Source: Deltaproteobacteria bacterium
Lineage (GTDB): Bacteria; Bdellovibrionota; JAJCYS01
DNA: 64,000 nucleotides
Direction of reading: 5' to 3'
Assembly: GCA_029262815.1 (NCBI GenBank)
Contig: JAJCYS010000016.1
Location: 411 to 64,410 of the forward strand
The translations under genes and the position numbers were made by a program. The first letter of the stretch is position 1, and each line of letters opens with the position of its first letter. The notes under the pieces are model-generated. The model did no database searches and was not told the DNA's origin. It saw only the letters and a list, made by a program, of their open reading frames with translations. Positions 60,645 to 64,000 of this stretch are shown here, piece by piece.

Positions 60645-61155
60645 GTTGTTTCCTCCGAGCTAATAGAATTGCCCCGACTAAGGTTGCTAGTAGTACAACA
60701 GACAGAAGTTCAAACGCAAATACATGTTTTGAAAAAAGCAGCAACGAAAAATCTTTGAGTGATGCCTCACCTGTTACTAGTGTTTGCCCCATCATGATGA
60801 CAGGCTGCTCTTGAAGACCCACAATGACACCTTTTAAACATAATCCCAGAAAGCCGCCACCTAAAAGCAACAACAATGCAAATCGGCCTGGGTGCGTAGA
60901 AATAGAGGTTGGATTGAGCTCCCTAAGTTGAAATAACATCACAACAAAAACAAAGAGCACCATAATAGCGCCTGCGTACACTAGCCATTGAAGGGTTGCG
61001 ACTAAAGGTGCGTTCATCATCAAATACAGCACCCCAATCCCAATTAACGTTAGCACAAGAAACACAGCACTTGAGATAGGACGTCGAGCAGACACCATCA
61101 AGATTGCAAACATGACTAATAACGAACAGAGCGCGATATAGATCCAGCCAAACAA
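60634..61155 (-). CDS. nuoJ: NADH-quinone oxidoreductase subunit J
   Basis: QWLVYAGAIMVLFVFVVML, FELLSVVLL. Confidence 0.93.
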   Translation of the reverse strand: MFGWIYIALCSLLVMFAILMVSARRPISSAVFLVLTLIGIGVLYLMMNAPLVATLQWLVYAGAIMVLFVFVVMLFQLRELNPTSISTHPGRFALLLLLGGGFLGLCLKGVIVGLQEQPVIMMGQTLVTGEASLKDFSLLLFSKHVFAFELLSVVLLATLVGAILLARRKQRVS

Positions 61156-61159
61156 GTCC

Positions 61160-62224
61160 TTATCCTTTCACGTATACACATGCAGCAGTTAAAACAAAGC
61201 TAAGAATGGCGTACGGCAGTACCCCTTGCCAACCAAACCGCATCAACTGATCATATCGAAATCTGGGAAACGACCACCGTACCCAGATAAAAATCCAAAG
61301 AATGACGAACGTCTTAGCAATCACGACTCCGAGTTGGAGAAGTACTGTTAGAACACTCGCAATTTCAAACGAACCCCCTATAAAAGATTGAAGCCAGGAA
61401 GTTAGATTCACATAAGACACACCTGGTAATGCCCAGCCACCAAAAAAGAAAGCCACTAACAATACGGATCCTACAAACATATGCATATATTCAGCCATAA
61501 AGAATAATGCAAACTTCATAGAAGAGTACTCGACATGAAACCCAACAATTTCCGCTTCACCTTCTGCAAGATCGAACGGCAACCGATTAGTTTCTGCAAA
61601 AATAGTGACTAACAGTAAAACAAAAATCCATGGTGCTTGAATGATGCCCCATGAAAGCAACCCGGCTTGTTGAGCAAGCACAATATCTCGAATATCAAAG
61701 GTGCTGTAGAGCAAAACAATTGAAGCCATCCCAATACCAAGCCCCAACTCATAGCTGATCATTTGGGCTGACGCACGCATCGCTCCAAATAGCGCATACT
61801 TGTTACTTGAGGCCCAACCACCCAGCATAATGCCATAAACAGAAAATGAGCCTATAGCTAACAGGTACAACAGCCCGACTGGAACATCGGCAACTTGAAG
61901 AACATATGTCTGTCCCATCAGCGTAAACGTATCGCCAAACGGAATGGTCGCCACAGACATGGCAGCTAACCCAACTACAACTGCTGGTGCAATTAGAAAA
62001 AACAACGTGTGGACTTGGGTGGGCACGACATCTTGTTTAAATAAAAGTTTTAATGCATCAGCCAGTGGCTGAAACAACCCCAAAGGCCCTACGCGATTAG
62101 GTCCCAATCGATCCTGAATAAACCCTGCACCCCGACGTTCAAGCCAAATCAAAACAGGTACAATTTGTGCTTGAACCGCAAATAATAGTACAGCTATTCC
62201 AAAATGGACAATTAATTCATTCAT
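61160..62224 (-). CDS. nuoH: NADH-quinone oxidoreductase subunit H
   Basis: QDRLGPNRVGP.G..QPLADALKL, AETNRLPFDL, PRFRYDQLM. Confidence 0.96.
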   Translation of the reverse strand: MNELIVHFGIAVLLFAVQAQIVPVLIWLERRGAGFIQDRLGPNRVGPLGLFQPLADALKLLFKQDVVPTQVHTLFFLIAPAVVVGLAAMSVATIPFGDTFTLMGQTYVLQVADVPVGLLYLLAIGSFSVYGIMLGGWASSNKYALFGAMRASAQMISYELGLGIGMASIVLLYSTFDIRDIVLAQQAGLLSWGIIQAPWIFVLLLVTIFAETNRLPFDLAEGEAEIVGFHVEYSSMKFALFFMAEYMHMFVGSVLLVAFFFGGWALPGVSYVNLTSWLQSFIGGSFEIASVLTVLLQLGVVIAKTFVILWIFIWVRWSFPRFRYDQLMRFGWQGVLPYAILSFVLTAACVYVKG

Positions 62225-62237
62225 ATTAAATACTTAC

Positions 62238-62603
62238 CTACCAGATAAGGACATCCTTCTTCCAAACATAAAACAAGCCTACAAGAAGGATGGCTATAAA
62301 TACGCCCATTTCAATCATCAAAAAGGGAGAAACGGTCGCCACAGATTTAAAAATATAGGCAAATGGGAAAAGGAAGATGACTTCCAAATCAAATACGAGA
62401 AAAAGGATGGCTACCAAATAAAACCGAATATCGAATCGATTTTTTGAGCTGGGCAAATCAACAACTTCAACGCCACATTCGTATGGCGTTAAATCAGTTT
62501 TCAGGTTTTTTTTGGGTCCTAAAAAATGGCTTAGCGCAATCACAGCAAACGCAAAACCCCAGCCAATCACAAGCGGGAAGATCAAATGTATGTACTGACC
62601 CAT
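62238..62603 (-). CDS. nuoA: NADH-quinone oxidoreductase subunit A
   Basis: PYECG, RFYLVAILFLVFDLEVIFLFP. Confidence 0.95.
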   Translation of the reverse strand: MGQYIHLIFPLVIGWGFAFAVIALSHFLGPKKNLKTDLTPYECGVEVVDLPSSKNRFDIRFYLVAILFLVFDLEVIFLFPFAYIFKSVATVSPFLMIEMGVFIAILLVGLFYVWKKDVLIW

Positions 62604-62772
62604 AGCCGTCCCTTATTTAGTATTCTATTCAATTTGGTTTACTTATACACGCACCTGCATAAGGCACACACATTCTACTAAATTTTAAAGATGTAAACCT
62701 GACATTTGATTAAAATACAACTACCCCAAAAAGTATAGCTCTTTTCCCCCTTGGGGCCTCCCCCATTGGCAC

Positions 62773-63537
62773 CTATTCTGCATATATTTGACGTGCCCAG
62801 CGACCCGCTGGGTGGGCACATAATTTCCTGACATAGGTTTGGAATTCCTGGGGAAACTCCTCATAGGGGGGCATCCAAGCTCCATATCCAGGCGTGGGAC
62901 CTAATAAGGGCGCAGATAAACATGCAAATACTACATCTGCCAAAGAAAGCTTGTCCCCAAGCAAGTAAGGTTGCTTTTTGAGCGTCGCTGCTACTTTGTC
63001 AAAAATTCGAAACATAGTCTCTTTGGCTTCATTTTTTGTATCTTCGGTTGGGTTTATGACGGAATCAATCGGCTTTGCACACACGAGATGAACGGCTCGA
63101 AATAAGCCATACTGGAACCAACCTACATTATTCTTGAACAATTTCCAGAGTATACGAGAGTCTCGAAAGGCAAAAAAGTAAAATGAGGTTCTCACCGCTA
63201 CACCTAGGTGATCGTGAAACAAACGAATCCATGTGTCACTCTGTGGTGTATTTAACAATGGCGTTGGGTGCATCTCGTTAATCGTTTTCAGAATGGGGAT
63301 AGACCCATGGATAGCCTTTCCCCGATTTTGAATCAAAATAGGTGTCGAGTATGGAGAAGATGTCGCATCTTGCTCACCCCTGATACCAAGTATCCATCTG
63401 ATGTAGGCCACATGAAAAAATGGGAGTAACTTTGTCTCACGGTAGGGGATTTGACCCCGACCTAAAGCCCAGCGCGCAAGATCGTTGTAGCTTGAAAAAG
63501 GAATCGTTATGAGTCTGTACTGTTCTGTTGTCCCCAT
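62773..63537 (-). CDS. Glutathione S-transferase family protein
   Basis: LITIPFSSYNDLARWAL N-domain; YLLGDKLSLADVVFA C-domain. Confidence 0.75.
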   Translation of the reverse strand: MGTTEQYRLITIPFSSYNDLARWALGRGQIPYRETKLLPFFHVAYIRWILGIRGEQDATSSPYSTPILIQNRGKAIHGSIPILKTINEMHPTPLLNTPQSDTWIRLFHDHLGVAVRTSFYFFAFRDSRILWKLFKNNVGWFQYGLFRAVHLVCAKPIDSVINPTEDTKNEAKETMFRIFDKVAATLKKQPYLLGDKLSLADVVFACLSAPLLGPTPGYGAWMPPYEEFPQEFQTYVRKLCAHPAGRWARQIYAE

Positions 63538-63648
63538 AGGTCTTATTTTTTTATAGCACTTTTAGCGCCAAAGAAAAAAACTTGTATCTCAAGCTGCCCG
63601 AAGTTAACAATAGATAAATCATGTTCAGTATTTATTAGAGGAGGGGGC

Positions 63649-64000
63649 ATGCGTGCACATTTCTATATATTAGGGCTAACAATATTCAGTTTATTCAATA
63701 GTCATGCCTGGAGCGCTCAATCAAACGCACCTGCTAAAACAAATATTCCTGGCACGGGCTTCTACTTAAACCCACCCTTAGGGTTTGAGCTCTCAACACG
63801 GTTTCCTGGATTTATCATGAACGAATTTCAATCCTCGATCGTCGTGACTGAAATGTCTGCACCTTATCCAGTGATTTCAAAAAAATTCACAAAACCGGCT
63901 CTAAAAGGGACCGGTATGGCGTTGCTTTCGAAAGAGGCCATCACCTTCAATGGCAAAAAAGGAACCTTGATTCATATTCAACAATCAAACTACGGTATCT
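63649..64000 (+). CDS. Exported hypothetical protein, truncated by window end
   Basis: GGAGGGGG RBS; MRAHFYILGLTIFSLFNSHAWSA signal peptide; frame stays open to the window end. Confidence 0.6.
   Translation, partial: MRAHFYILGLTIFSLFNSHAWSAQSNAPAKTNIPGTGFYLNPPLGFELSTRFPGFIMNEFQSSIVVTEMSAPYPVISKKFTKPALKGTGMALLSKEAITFNGKKGTLIHIQQSNYGI

Overview
Bacterial chromosomal window. The gene content (alternative complex III, a membrane-arm-only nuo operon, Flp/TadE pilin, many beta-barrels and lipoproteins) suggests a Bdellovibrionota/Myxococcota-like diderm; this is inference. Most of it is housekeeping: ActB/ActA and heme o/a synthases, xseA, pyrD, lolC/E, lepA-pyrB-carA-carB-greA, nadE, priA, phoH, eno, radA, dusB, lpxA, uvrA, PMM, pdxA, nuoAHJKLMN. 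The standout is a complete chromosomal diversity-generating retroelement (DGR) on the minus strand at ~45500-48900, ordered: lipoprotein target with FGE-type C-type-lectin fold (VR 47933-48047) > HRDC accessory > Avd > reverse transcriptase > template repeat (TR 45770-45881). Hand alignment of TR and VR gives 19 substitutions, all at TR adenines, plus one extra in-frame codon in the VR at an AAC run. The window also holds several palindromic or MITE-like intergenic elements (three share a covarying core hairpin), tandem lipoprotein tyrosine-phosphatase-like genes, and a UvrA that appears to lack its insertion domain. All alignments and counts were done by eye and no database searches were run.
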